From positions 32,001 through 96,000 of the forward strand of contig CAWFXA010000003.1 in assembly GCA_963819655.1 (NCBI GenBank): a stretch of 64,000 bases of DNA. Reading direction: 5' to 3'. Below the pieces are notes generated by a model that saw only the letters and a list, made by a program, of their open reading frames with translations, searched no databases and had not been told where the DNA came from. This DNA is from an uncultured Chloroflexia bacterium. Its GTDB lineage: Bacteria; Chloroflexota; Limnocylindria; Limnocylindrales; CSP1-4. Shown piece after piece: positions 42,717 to 52,109 of the stretch; position 1 is the first letter of the stretch; each line of letters begins with the position of its first letter. The position numbers and the translations under genes are program-made.

Positions 42717-43841
42717 CTACGAGCGGAGCCGCAGCCCGAGTACTCGTATCGTTCGAAGGAGCGCATCCACCACTGGACCCGGGGCACGGTCACCGATGTT
42801 GATCATGACGCCCAGCTGTCGACGGCCATCCGGCGTGCTGAGGATCATGGTCAGGAAGCCGGGGATCCCACCGGCGGCGCCGACCAGTGGCCCGCCGGGT
42901 GTGTCGGTCTCGATGATCCCCAAGCCGTTTCGGTCAAACAGGGGCAACGGGAGGGAGGCCCGTGGGACTGCGACGCTGGTGAGCATCTCTGATAACAGCT
43001 GGGACGGCAGTAGCTCGCCACCGAGTAGGGCCCGAAAGAAGAGCTGGAGATCCTGGAGATTCGAGATGAGCGCGCCCGCTGCCCAGGCATATGAGGGGTT
43101 CTGGGCAGTGAAATCGATCAGCGGGCCGTCCACCACGTCCAGCTGCGGAGTCAGTGGCAGGCTGTATCCGCGCGACATCGGGCTCGGGATGCCAGTGCCT
43201 GCGACAGGGAAGGACGTGTCGCGGAGTCCGAGCGGCCTGAGGATCCGCCGTGACAGCTGCGTGCCGAGCCTCGTGCCAGTCGCCGCCTCGATGATGAGCC
43301 CGAGCAGGGTGTACCCGACGTTGGTATAGGCCCACGCGGTGCCCGCCGGAAAGAGCTGCGGGCGATCGGCAACGAGTGCGACCTGCGCTCGCGGGGTCCA
43401 GGTGCGAAATCGTCCGTCTGGGGACCCATACAGCGAGCGCCAGAGCATTGGCGCGTTGTGGGGCACGCCACTCGTGTGGTTGAGGAGCTGCCTGATGTTG
43501 ATCTGGTCGCCATAGGACAGGACGCCCGGCAACCACCGCTCCACCGAGTCCGAGAGCGACAGCATGCCGTCCGCGACCAGCTGGAGCACGACCGCTGCGA
43601 CGAACGGCTTCGTCACGCTGCCCGCCCGAAAGTGCAGGTGAGGCTGCATGGCACGGCCGGTTCGAAGGTCGGCGACGCCGCTCGCGACCTGTGCGACGAC
43701 GCGCTCATCCACGATCCGCGCCGCGGCCCCGGGCGCACCGGCCGCCACTAGCTTCCTGACCAGCTGCAGCAGCTCACCGGGATCATCAACGATCCGATCG
43801 ACAACGGTGGTGGCCGAAGGGGCACGCGACATCTCGCTCAC
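42717..43841 (-). CDS. Serine hydrolase, beta-lactamase/D-Ala-D-Ala peptidase family
   Basis: FRAGSVTK (SxxK), LLNHTSG, WAYTNVGY (YxN). Confidence 0.88.
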   Translation of the reverse strand: MSEMSRAPSATTVVDRIVDDPGELLQLVRKLVAAGAPGAAARIVDERVVAQVASGVADLRTGRAMQPHLHFRAGSVTKPFVAAVVLQLVADGMLSLSDSVERWLPGVLSYGDQINIRQLLNHTSGVPHNAPMLWRSLYGSPDGRFRTWTPRAQVALVADRPQLFPAGTAWAYTNVGYTLLGLIIEAATGTRLGTQLSRRILRPLGLRDTSFPVAGTGIPSPMSRGYSLPLTPQLDVVDGPLIDFTAQNPSYAWAAGALISNLQDLQLFFRALLGGELLPSQLLSEMLTSVAVPRASLPLPLFDRNGLGIIETDTPGGPLVGAAGGIPGFLTMILSTPDGRRQLGVMINIGDRAPGPVVDALLRTIRVLGLRLRS

Positions 43842-44275
43842 CGTCCGCCCCCCTCGAGGAGTCCCTTGAGAACGCCCAAGTTCTCGGCCACAGACGAGCG
43901 GATACGGCCGCCAACGAGGTCGGTGAGGGGTCCAAGCGGCACCTGCGGATCAAGCTCAACGAGGTTCTTGAGCCGCGTTCCCTGGGCGGTCGGTTCGAGC
44001 TCGTATCTCACCCGGGCTCTGAATGCCCCGATCGATCCTTCGACCTCGACCGTTCGATCGGGGACGAGGCGGGTGAGCTCGAGGAGCTCGACGGCAGGCC
44101 GCGGTACCTCTCGAGTCTGTCGGTAGCGAGTCCCCACGCCGACCGGGCCCGGAGTCACCTTGCGGGTGCTCGTGATCGCCCAGTTCCATTCCGGGGTGTG
44201 CTCGAGGTCAGCGAGGTAGGTGTAGACGACTCGTGGATCCCGCGCGATCTCGAGGGTGTTCTCGAAGTGCATCAT
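43838..44275 (-). CDS. SRPBCC (polyketide cyclase-like) protein
   Basis: IARDPRVVYTYLADLEHTPEWN...GPVGVGTRY. Confidence 0.82.
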   Translation of the reverse strand: MMHFENTLEIARDPRVVYTYLADLEHTPEWNWAITSTRKVTPGPVGVGTRYRQTREVPRPAVELLELTRLVPDRTVEVEGSIGAFRARVRYELEPTAQGTRLKNLVELDPQVPLGPLTDLVGGRIRSSVAENLGVLKGLLEGGGR

Positions 44276-44317
44276 GATCTCCGTCCTCCGATCGATACGT
44301 AGGCCGCCGGCGCGTGA

Positions 44318-44893
44318 TCACGGGTCCCGCTCGTCTACCGGTGGCCGCGTCCGCAGATCGATCAGCTCGGCGACCCAGGCTCGGAGTCGACCGAGGTGCT
44401 CGCCGTAATGCTCCGCGCCGGCCTTGCGAACCCAGCGGTCGGCCGCGTCGTCTGGCTCGCGAAGTGCGAACCACGCCTGGAGCATCCAGATCCGGGCGCC
44501 GTTGGCCTGCGTCCACACGACGTCCCAGGGCTCGTCCTTGAGGGCCGCCAGCGTCGCGGTGCTCCGGCGGTCGGCATCGAACTCGTGCGGCTCGTACGAG
44601 TTGGCCGCGATGTTGATCAACTGCGTTTCCGCTTCAGTGAGCCACATCCCAAGGTGAGCGATGAGGTCCTTCGCACTCCAGTCGGGATCCACGAAGTAAC
44701 CGGGGGCGAGTCGCTCGCCGGGTGTCAACAGATTGGTGAGTGCCGTGATCTCCGCCCAGCGAGCACGCTCGATCTCGATCTCGGCGATCAGCGACTGGTC
44801 GAATGCCGGCCACGCCGGAGGGCCGGTGACCGGTAGGCGTAGACGACCGTTGAGCGCATCGGGGCTGCGACCGTCCTGCAATTCGTGCGCCAT
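44318..44893 (-). CDS. DinB/MDMPI-like protein
   Basis: DWSAKDLIAHLGMW...EHYGEH. Confidence 0.72.
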   Translation of the reverse strand: MAHELQDGRSPDALNGRLRLPVTGPPAWPAFDQSLIAEIEIERARWAEITALTNLLTPGERLAPGYFVDPDWSAKDLIAHLGMWLTEAETQLINIAANSYEPHEFDADRRSTATLAALKDEPWDVVWTQANGARIWMLQAWFALREPDDAADRWVRKAGAEHYGEHLGRLRAWVAELIDLRTRPPVDERDP

Positions 44894-44910
44894 GGCAAGC
44901 GCCTCCTTCG

Positions 44911-45345
44911 TTACTGTGGGGTTTGGCTACGGCTTGTGGTGCGGCCCGTCGCGGTCGACCGCTTCGATGCGTTTGTGCGCACGCCCTCCCAATACCAGCG
45001 AGCGCCTTCCCACGCGGGCTGCCCTTCGGGCGGCCGAGCCACGTAGGTCCAAGTCGGGTTGGGATGAGCGCGGTGGACGGGTCGAGCCATCGGGGCGGAG
45101 GCGGCGGGCCGGTGGCGAACGAGCGGCGTCGCCGACGGAACTCGATTGAGAAGAGCCTCATAGGCCGCCTGGATGGACAGAAACGTGGCCAGGCCTTCGC
45201 CACCCGCGCGGTCGGGATGGAATCGCTTCGCGAGCCGTCGGTAGGCGACCTTGATCTCCGCGGGCGAAGCGCCCGGCCGCAGGCCGAGCCGTGCATATGC
45301 ACCCGATCGGAGGCCGGATCGGTGTGTTCGATTGATCGTGGTCAT
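44911..45345 (-). CDS. Short J-domain (DnaJ-like) protein
   Basis: YARLGL...EIKVAYRRLAKRFHPD...IQAAYEAL. Confidence 0.78.
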   Translation of the reverse strand: MTTINRTHRSGLRSGAYARLGLRPGASPAEIKVAYRRLAKRFHPDRAGGEGLATFLSIQAAYEALLNRVPSATPLVRHRPAASAPMARPVHRAHPNPTWTYVARPPEGQPAWEGARWYWEGVRTNASKRSTATGRTTSRSQTPQ

Positions 45346-45364
45346 CGTCTCGTCCGATCTGCCG

Positions 45365-45742
45365 CTACCCGACGGTCAGGCTGCCGCTCATGTCCGGATG
45401 GACGTCGCAGCGGAAGAAGTAGGTGCCCGATCCCAAGGCCGGCACGTCATAGACGACGACAGCGGGGCCGCTGAACGGCTCCTCGACGAGGACCTTCTCG
45501 GCCGCCGACGCGTCCCGGTAGATCGCGACGTTGTGGAGGGCGGCTTCCTGGTTGTCGAAGACGATCTGGAAGGGCTTGTCGGCCGGGGCAGTCAACGAGG
45601 TCGTCGAGAATGCGAGGCCATTGGCCTCGATCGACAGGGCGTCCGGACCGACCGACGGCTGAGTGGTCGGGTTGGCCGAGCCTCCTGCACAGGCGGTCAG
45701 CGCAGCAATCGGGATGAGTAGGGAGGCGAGCAGCCTCATCAT
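45365..45742 (-). CDS. Cupredoxin-domain lipoprotein
   Basis: Lipobox-like LTAC; HNVAI...YFFRCDVHPDM. Confidence 0.85.
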   Translation of the reverse strand: MMRLLASLLIPIAALTACAGGSANPTTQPSVGPDALSIEANGLAFSTTSLTAPADKPFQIVFDNQEAALHNVAIYRDASAAEKVLVEEPFSGPAVVVYDVPALGSGTYFFRCDVHPDMSGSLTVG

Positions 45743-45781
45743 CGGAAGGCTCCTATCGGGGTGATCTGAACTTGCTTCCTG

Positions 45782-45839
45782 AGGCTAGGAGCCGGCCCCG
45801 CGGCGGTCGTCACCCGAAGGTGGATAGGGCAGGTGGAAT
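45782..45839 (-). promoter_or_regulatory. Island-2 operator copy 2 plus -10 box
   Basis: ATTCCACCTGCCCTATCCACCTTCGGGTGA, 22 bp, TAGCCT. Confidence 0.75.
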
Positions 45840-45980
45840 CCTGCATAGGCGAACTCGGGGGATCGAGTGGCGTCGCGCCACCGGGTGGCGGCGGGGCTCG
45901 GGTCAAGGCCGTCTTGCTGGCGCGACGGCCGGGACGCGGGCGGGTGCCGCTCGACGCTCAGGGCCCGGCGGGCTCCGACC

Positions 45981-46199
45981 TCACGAAGCTCGGGCGCGGT
46001 CGTCCTCGATTCGGCGTACCGAGATCAGCACCAGGCCGAGGTCATTTACTCTCGACAGCAGTCCGTGCAGCGCAGCCTGGTCCGCGACCTGACCCACGAT
46101 GAGCGTCTCGTTCTCGCCAATGGTCCGGACTTCGAGCCCGTCGAACCAGGATGACCAGCGCTCGTCGAGGAGTCCCTCGACCCGGATCTCGTAGCCCAT
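45981..46199 (-). CDS. Small ACT-like protein, copy A
   Basis: MGYEIRVEGLLDERWSSWFDGL...DQAALHGLLSRVNDLGLVLISVRR; homologous to 60855-61067. Confidence 0.78.
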   Translation of the reverse strand: MGYEIRVEGLLDERWSSWFDGLEVRTIGENETLIVGQVADQAALHGLLSRVNDLGLVLISVRRIEDDRARAS

Positions 46200-46242
46200 C
46201 AGACGCGGATGCCCATGTCGAGCCCAACCACATCGTCCCGCC

Positions 46243-47994
46243 TCATTTGGTCGATGACGCCGCGGAGCGGTATCGCTGAACCTGCTGGCTCGCCGCGGCA
46301 CCCTCGCCCACGGCAGCGGCAACACGTTTCATCGAGTCATGGCGGACGTCGCCCGCCGCGAAGACGCCGGGCATCGTCGTTTCGAAAGGCAGCCGGGTGT
46401 GCCCGTCAGCTGACGGCACGTCGTCGCCCGTCAGGACGAAGCCTCGCTCGTCGCGGGCAATCGCTGACGGCAGCCATGCTGTTTGTGGCTCGGCGCCGAT
46501 CAGCAGGAATAGGCCCGTCGCGTCGCGTTCATCGATCGTCCCAGCGGCGTTGTCGCGGATCACGAGCGAGCGCAATCGCCGGTGGTCCCTCGCCTCGGCG
46601 ATCTCGCTGCTGAGACGCACCTCGACGTTGGGCAGGTCGTTCAGCTGCTCGAGCAGGTACTCCGACACGGTCCCGGCAAGCGAGTGGCCACGCACGATGA
46701 CGGTGACCGTTCGGGCGTAGCGGGCGAGGTGGATGGCCGATTGGGCGGCCGAATTTCCGCCGCCCACGACCGCGACTGGCTCACCGGCCATCGCGCGGGC
46801 CTCCGTCGCCCCCGAGCCGTAGAACACGCCACGGCCGACGAGGCCTTCGACGCTCGGGATCCCGATCCGCCGATACGACGCGCCCATCGCCAGTACGATC
46901 GCCCGCGCCCGCGCCTCGGAGCCGTCATCGAGCAGGACGATGCGCTCATCACCGTCAGCCCGAATCCCGTTCGCACCTCGGCCTATTCGCGCCTGGACGC
47001 CGAACATCCACGCCTGCTGCCAGGCTCGCCGCAGGAGCTCCGCGCCGCTCAGGCCGCTGGGGAATCCGAGGAAGTTTCGGATCATTGGACTCGAGCCCGC
47101 CTGACCGATGCTCGGCTCGACCAGCAACACGCGCAAGCCTTCTGAACCGAGATTCACCGCGGCCGACAGGCCCGCAGGCCCCGATCCGAGGATGGCCACG
47201 TCGAACGGTGTCGAAAGGGGCTCGGCGTTCGCGCCGAACGCTTCGGCAACCTCGGATAGCGACGGACGCGCCAGGATCCGGCCGTCGGGCAAGACGGCAA
47301 CCGGCATCCGATCGCCCGGATCGAGCCCGGCGACAAGGCGGAGGCCTTCGGCCGTTTCGGCAACGACGAACCCCACGCGGGCTCCCCCCCAGCGTTCGAG
47401 GACATCGGCGAGAGCCTGCCCCTGGACATCGGACCGCTCGCTGACGATCGTGATTCCAGAGGTGAAGCGGCCGTGCTCACGTGCCCAGTCGGCCAGGATG
47501 TCGCCGACCAGCGCCAGGAACTGCTCGTCGGTCTCGTTCCAGGGCAGGCTCGCTTGATGGTCGATCTCGCCGAGCGTCGCTGCGCGGGCGATCGTCGGCA
47601 GTGCCGACAGGTCGGACCATCGCGTCACGACGAGTCGTCGTGCGGTCGGAAAGGCGTCCCGGGTGCGGGCCAGGAAGGCGGTTCCGGTCTCTGGTTTCAT
47701 CCATTGACCTGCGACGATGAGGGCGACATCGGCCGCCTTGTCCCGAAGACGCAACAGCTCATTGAACGCGGCGACGGGTCCCGGCAAGGACATGACGTCG
47801 TAGTCGGTCCCGTACCGCCTGTTGAGGCATTCCTCCAGGACGTCACGGGCGCTCCGATCGTCCTCGACGACGAGGATCGTGGGCCGGTTCTGCGTCGGGT
47901 TCGCTGCAAATGTGCTGGTTGGGACGTCCGGCGGCAATCGCCAGCCGGCTGCCCAGCGACTCCGTCCATCGTTCCCGAGGGTGCTCTCGCTCAC
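46243..47994 (-). CDS. Receiver-like domain fused to a thioredoxin-reductase-like FAD oxidoreductase
   Basis: ILVVEDD; ILGSGPAGLSAA; VVGGGNSA; PGVFAAGDVRH...RVAAAVGEG. Confidence 0.85.
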   Translation of the reverse strand: MSESTLGNDGRSRWAAGWRLPPDVPTSTFAANPTQNRPTILVVEDDRSARDVLEECLNRRYGTDYDVMSLPGPVAAFNELLRLRDKAADVALIVAGQWMKPETGTAFLARTRDAFPTARRLVVTRWSDLSALPTIARAATLGEIDHQASLPWNETDEQFLALVGDILADWAREHGRFTSGITIVSERSDVQGQALADVLERWGGARVGFVVAETAEGLRLVAGLDPGDRMPVAVLPDGRILARPSLSEVAEAFGANAEPLSTPFDVAILGSGPAGLSAAVNLGSEGLRVLLVEPSIGQAGSSPMIRNFLGFPSGLSGAELLRRAWQQAWMFGVQARIGRGANGIRADGDERIVLLDDGSEARARAIVLAMGASYRRIGIPSVEGLVGRGVFYGSGATEARAMAGEPVAVVGGGNSAAQSAIHLARYARTVTVIVRGHSLAGTVSEYLLEQLNDLPNVEVRLSSEIAEARDHRRLRSLVIRDNAAGTIDERDATGLFLLIGAEPQTAWLPSAIARDERGFVLTGDDVPSADGHTRLPFETTMPGVFAAGDVRHDSMKRVAAAVGEGAAASQQVQRYRSAASSTK

Positions 47995-48039
47995 GTGGTC
48001 TCCTCGATCAAGGCGGCGGCTGCCGCGCGGTTCTCGAAG

Positions 48040-48098
48040 ACGCTACGAGCCGGAGCTGATCGCGGTCATCACCCGAAGGTGGACGAGAGCGGTGGAAA
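48040..48098 (-). promoter_or_regulatory. Island-2 operator copy 3 plus -10 box
   Basis: TTTCCACCGCTCTCGTCCACCTTCGGGTGA, 23 bp, TAGCGT. Confidence 0.75.
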
Positions 48099-48115
48099 TG
48101 TCGCGATGGGTTCGG

Positions 48116-50914
48116 CTACGGAATCAATCCAAGCTCGCGAGCGTGGGCGGCCGCCTCGGTGCGGTTCGTAGCGCCGAGCTTGCCCAGGATGTGGGTGGCG
48201 TGCTTCTTGACCGTATCGAGCGTGACGAACAGCTCATCGGCGATCTCGCGATTCGACTTGCCGGCCGCAAGGAGCTGGAGCACCTCAAGTTCACGCTCGC
48301 TCAGCGCCTCGATGAGGCCCGGGATCGTCGTGGAGCGTGAATCGACGAGCCGGTCCCCGGGCGAGGCGCCCCGCGCTGACGCCGGCTCCAATGCGGCGCC
48401 CAGACGGCTGAGGTAGCCCAGCGACACACCCGCGCTCGTCAAGTCCCGACCGCGTTTGGCGACAAGCCGGGCGAGCAGGGTGGCCATCGTTTGCCCCTCG
48501 TCGACGAAGACCCGCACCCATCCCTGTGGGGCGGCGAAGGTTACTGCCTCGGCCAGGGCGTCGAGCGCGCCGTCCTCCTCGCCGCGCGCCGCGCGCGCCA
48601 GCGCCCGAAGGCTATGGATCTCGATCGCACTCCCGAAGCGGCCCTGCTCGGTCGCTGTCCGCAACAGCCGATCCAATAGCCTCGAGGCCTGTTCGGGGCG
48701 GTCCTGCGCGATCAGCACGCGGGCCAGGAGAAGATGTGCCGGCTCGCGGGGGTATGTCGGCTCATCGTCAGCGTCGAGGCCCCGCTCCACCGTCCAAGCA
48801 GCGGCCGCGTCGACGTCACCCAGGACGAGCAGCAACCGTGCCCGCGATGCGGGCACGGGGTTAAGCAGGTCGACCACGTCGGAGCCGGGTGCAACCTCGA
48901 TGGCCTCGGACATCGCCTCCAGCGCCCCGGCTGGATCGCCCTGCGCCTGCCGGATCCAGGCCATGTCGGCCAGACCCGTCGCCAGTGGCTGGGTGTATGC
49001 CAGCTGGCGGCATAGCGCGATCCCATCGGTGATGTGCCGCATCGCGCTGGCGAGATCGCCCCGCTGGTAGGCCACCTCGGCGATGCCCACGTATGGGATA
49101 CCGGCGGCCGGCAGCGGCGGGCGGCCCGGGACCGCCGTGATCTCCAATGCCCGGTGGTAGGTCTCGAGTTCCGCGTCCAGGTCGCCCAGCGCGCGGTGGA
49201 CCTGGCCGAGGCGATGGCACTGCGAGGCGACTTGGAAGGACAGGCCGGCCGCGTGCCACCCGTCGATGATCGACGACAGCACGCGCTCGGCATCGGGTAG
49301 CCGGCCGGACAGCCAATCCGCCACGGCCAGGTGCGCGCGGACCAGCGACGCCATCATCGACTGGCCATCGCCGAATTCGACCAGCGCCCGCGAGGCGAAC
49401 GCGATCGTCGCGTCGATGTCGCCGTGGAGCTCGGCGACGTATGCCCGGTAGTGGGCGATCCTCCCGGGGACGTTCGCGAGGCCCCCGGTTGCTCCGTCGA
49501 CAGAAGGCGCTTCCGACTCCGGCCCGACTTCCGCGTAGGCGCGCTCGGCGGCATCCAGCAGCCCATCGACTGCCTCCACCTGTCCACCCTGGATGGCCAG
49601 GACAACCTGCGCCAGTAACAGCCGCGGACGGCCTTGGATGATCTGGCCGGGCAGCGCGGCGAGCCACCGTTCGACGGTCGCTCCCTCCCCCCGCAGCAGG
49701 AGCTCGCCGGCGTGTTGCTCGATGAGTCTGGCCGCGAGATCGACATCTCCAGCCGCCCGCGCGTGACGCACAGCTTCGTCGGCCAGCGCATGCTCCTCGT
49801 ACCACGCGGCGGCGCTCCGATGCAGCTCCGTGAACCGCGCGGGCTGCTCCTGCTGCAGGCGCGCGCGCAGCAGGTCGGCAAACAGATGGTGGTAGCGCCA
49901 CCAGCGCCGCATCTCGTCCATCGGCACAAGGAACAGGTTCGCTCGCTCGATCTCCTCCAACAGCTGCTGGCTATCGCTGCGGCCTGTGACGGCGTCGCAC
50001 AGCGGCCCCGACAGCCGCTCCAGGATCGACGTCTCCAGCAGGAAGTTCCGAATCGATCCTGGCTGGCGCTCGAGTACCTCCTCGGTCAGGTAGTCCAGGA
50101 TGTATCGGTGGCTGCCCGAGAACGCCTCGAGGAAGGCAGTCACGTCAGGTCGCCCGCGAAGCGACAGGGCAGCGAGCTGTAACCCGGCCGCCCACCCTTC
50201 GGTGCGGTCCGTGAGAGTTGCCACGGTCGTATCGGGCAAGGGCAGGTCTGATCCGACCGCGTCGCGCAGGAGCGCGGCAGCCTCGTCGATCGTGAACCTC
50301 AGATCCGCGGCTCGCAGTTCGGCCAGCTGTCGGCGGCCTCGCAGCCGCGCGAGAGCCAATGGAGGGTCGGCGCGGCTCGACAGCACAAGGTGAACTCGCG
50401 GCGGCAGATGCTCCAGCAGGAACGTCACCGACTTGTGCACCGCCCACGAGTCGATAACGTGGTAGTCGTCCAGGACCAGCACCACTTCGTCGCTGCCGGG
50501 TCGGGCGGCGAGCTCATTGACCAAGGCCGCCACCGGCCCCTCGAAGGATGGCGGTGCGGGTGGACCAAACAGGGGGCCGGTCAGCTCGGCGACGCCGGGC
50601 TGGACGCGGTCAAGGGCCGCAATGGCGTGGCGCCAGAAGCGTGCCGGGTCGTTGTCGCCAGGGTCGAGCGATATCCAGGCCGGCGCCCATCGGCCGGTCT
50701 GGCTCCAGTCGGCGAGCAGGGCCGTCTTCCCGAACCCAGCCGGAGCGCAGACGAGGATGAGCGCCCGCTCCAACCCCTCGTTGAGCTGCTCCACGAGCCG
50801 GGGGCGGGGGACGAAGCCCGGCTGACGGGGTGGAACGTACAGTTTGGTGGCGAGCACCCCGTCCGAGGCGCCGGAGGCGACCGGCCGGGAGGTCGCTCCA
50901 GGCGGTTGAGACAT
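48116..50914 (-). CDS. MalT-like STAND ATPase-TPR-LuxR transcriptional activator
   Basis: ATKLYVPP, APAGFGKT, LVLDDYH, TEGWAAGLQL, RYHHLFADLL; LSERELEVL...TVKKH...KLG. Confidence 0.92.
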   Translation of the reverse strand: MSQPPGATSRPVASGASDGVLATKLYVPPRQPGFVPRPRLVEQLNEGLERALILVCAPAGFGKTALLADWSQTGRWAPAWISLDPGDNDPARFWRHAIAALDRVQPGVAELTGPLFGPPAPPSFEGPVAALVNELAARPGSDEVVLVLDDYHVIDSWAVHKSVTFLLEHLPPRVHLVLSSRADPPLALARLRGRRQLAELRAADLRFTIDEAAALLRDAVGSDLPLPDTTVATLTDRTEGWAAGLQLAALSLRGRPDVTAFLEAFSGSHRYILDYLTEEVLERQPGSIRNFLLETSILERLSGPLCDAVTGRSDSQQLLEEIERANLFLVPMDEMRRWWRYHHLFADLLRARLQQEQPARFTELHRSAAAWYEEHALADEAVRHARAAGDVDLAARLIEQHAGELLLRGEGATVERWLAALPGQIIQGRPRLLLAQVVLAIQGGQVEAVDGLLDAAERAYAEVGPESEAPSVDGATGGLANVPGRIAHYRAYVAELHGDIDATIAFASRALVEFGDGQSMMASLVRAHLAVADWLSGRLPDAERVLSSIIDGWHAAGLSFQVASQCHRLGQVHRALGDLDAELETYHRALEITAVPGRPPLPAAGIPYVGIAEVAYQRGDLASAMRHITDGIALCRQLAYTQPLATGLADMAWIRQAQGDPAGALEAMSEAIEVAPGSDVVDLLNPVPASRARLLLVLGDVDAAAAWTVERGLDADDEPTYPREPAHLLLARVLIAQDRPEQASRLLDRLLRTATEQGRFGSAIEIHSLRALARAARGEEDGALDALAEAVTFAAPQGWVRVFVDEGQTMATLLARLVAKRGRDLTSAGVSLGYLSRLGAALEPASARGASPGDRLVDSRSTTIPGLIEALSERELEVLQLLAAGKSNREIADELFVTLDTVKKHATHILGKLGATNRTEAAAHARELGLIP

Positions 50915-51077
50915 CGCGCGCGGGGCCTCACTCGTACCCGGGCTCCCGGGTGCGGCCGCGGGGCGCGGGCGGTCATTGTATGTCGCCCGCCACTGGCCCC
51001 AGTCGCGGTACCCACCGCCACCAGGCGATGCCACTCGCCGGATCCCAGCTGAATGCAGGGGCCGCCGGCGCTTGAGG

Positions 51078-51136
51078 ATTCCACCCCCAGACGCCACTTC
51101 CGAGTGACGACGTGTGGGCCCACCCCTCCGTAGCGT
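51078..51136 (+). promoter_or_regulatory. Island-2 operator copy 4 plus -10 box
   Basis: ATTCCACCCCCAGACGCCACTTCCGAGTGA, 23 bp, TAGCGT. Confidence 0.75.
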
Positions 51137-51199
51137 GCTGGCACAGCCGCGACCCGCAGCGGCCACCTGTTCGACATAGCTTGCAAGGAGTTTCACCAC

Positions 51200-51700
51200 A
51201 TGTCCGCGAACATCTTCACTTCCCGGGGCGCCGGCAGTGCGCTCCTCACGGCAGTCGTCCTCGAACTGACCGCCGCCACGGCCTACATCCACGTCAGCCT
51301 CGGCGGGACGCTCTTCCTGCTCAACGCCCTCGGTTACGTGGTCCTCGGACTCGCGTACGCGCTCGGTTCCGTCGCACCGATCCGGATCGTCCAGCGATTC
51401 AGCTGGTTGCCTCGGGTCGCGCTCGCCGCGTACGCGCTCGTCACGATCGGCGCGTACCTCGTGACCGGCCCCTACATCGTCCTTGGCTGGGTTGCCAAGG
51501 GGATCGAGGTCGCGATCGTCGGCCTGATCTGGCTTGACCTACTCAGCAAGTACGGCAGCCCGAGCGGACTCACCCGCGCCGCCGCCGATTTCGATCAGGA
51601 CGCCGTTCCCACCCCGCAATCCGCTCCGTGGGTGAGCGGGCCGTGCGCGGCCAGCCACGGAAGGGCGGGAGGATGCCCGCCAAATCAGCAGGAGATCTGA
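51200..51700 (+). CDS. Hypothetical 4-TM membrane protein
   Basis: AAGGAG RBS; TAYIH...LFLLNALGY...KGIEV. Confidence 0.72.
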   Translation: MSANIFTSRGAGSALLTAVVLELTAATAYIHVSLGGTLFLLNALGYVVLGLAYALGSVAPIRIVQRFSWLPRVALAAYALVTIGAYLVTGPYIVLGWVAKGIEVAIVGLIWLDLLSKYGSPSGLTRAAADFDQDAVPTPQSAPWVSGPCAASHGRAGGCPPNQQEI

Positions 51701-51701
51701 A

Positions 51702-51941
51702 ATGAACGCAACGATCACCACACGAGGCGGCACCGGGTCGACAGCCCGGGGCGGTGAGCCCGAACTGCCTGCGGTCACCTACCGCCTGCTCGGCTCGAGG
51801 GGTTTCCGCTCCGACGAGGCGGGGAACCTGACGGCCTATCTGCATGGCCTCCGGCCCGTCAAGGGCGGCTGGGCCGTCGGCGAGATCGAGCGCCTGCTAT
51901 TCCTGCGCCACCTCGTCGCGCGCGGCAATCTGGGCTCGTGA
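51702..51941 (+). CDS. Small hypothetical protein
   Basis: AGGAG RBS; GFRSDEAGNLTAYLHGL...WAVGEIERLLFLR. Confidence 0.65.
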   Translation: MNATITTRGGTGSTARGGEPELPAVTYRLLGSRGFRSDEAGNLTAYLHGLRPVKGGWAVGEIERLLFLRHLVARGNLGS

Positions 51942-52109
51942 GGAGAGGCGTGGCCGAACCACGCAAGGATCCGCGGAGAGGAGTTGATCGTGAACTACCG
52001 ATTTGAGGTTGCAAGCCGAAGGCCCGTTGAAGGCGTCACGAAAGTCGTCCGCTGCCGACGCCTGTCATGTGCCCAACGCAGATGCCCACCGGGCTCAGGC
52101 CTTTGAGGT

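Noticed and set aside
46201-46257. Operator copy upstream of ACT-like copy A
   Set aside because: Only loosely similar, and spacing and -10 do not fit either motif class; the gene may be co-transcribed with the oxidoreductase.
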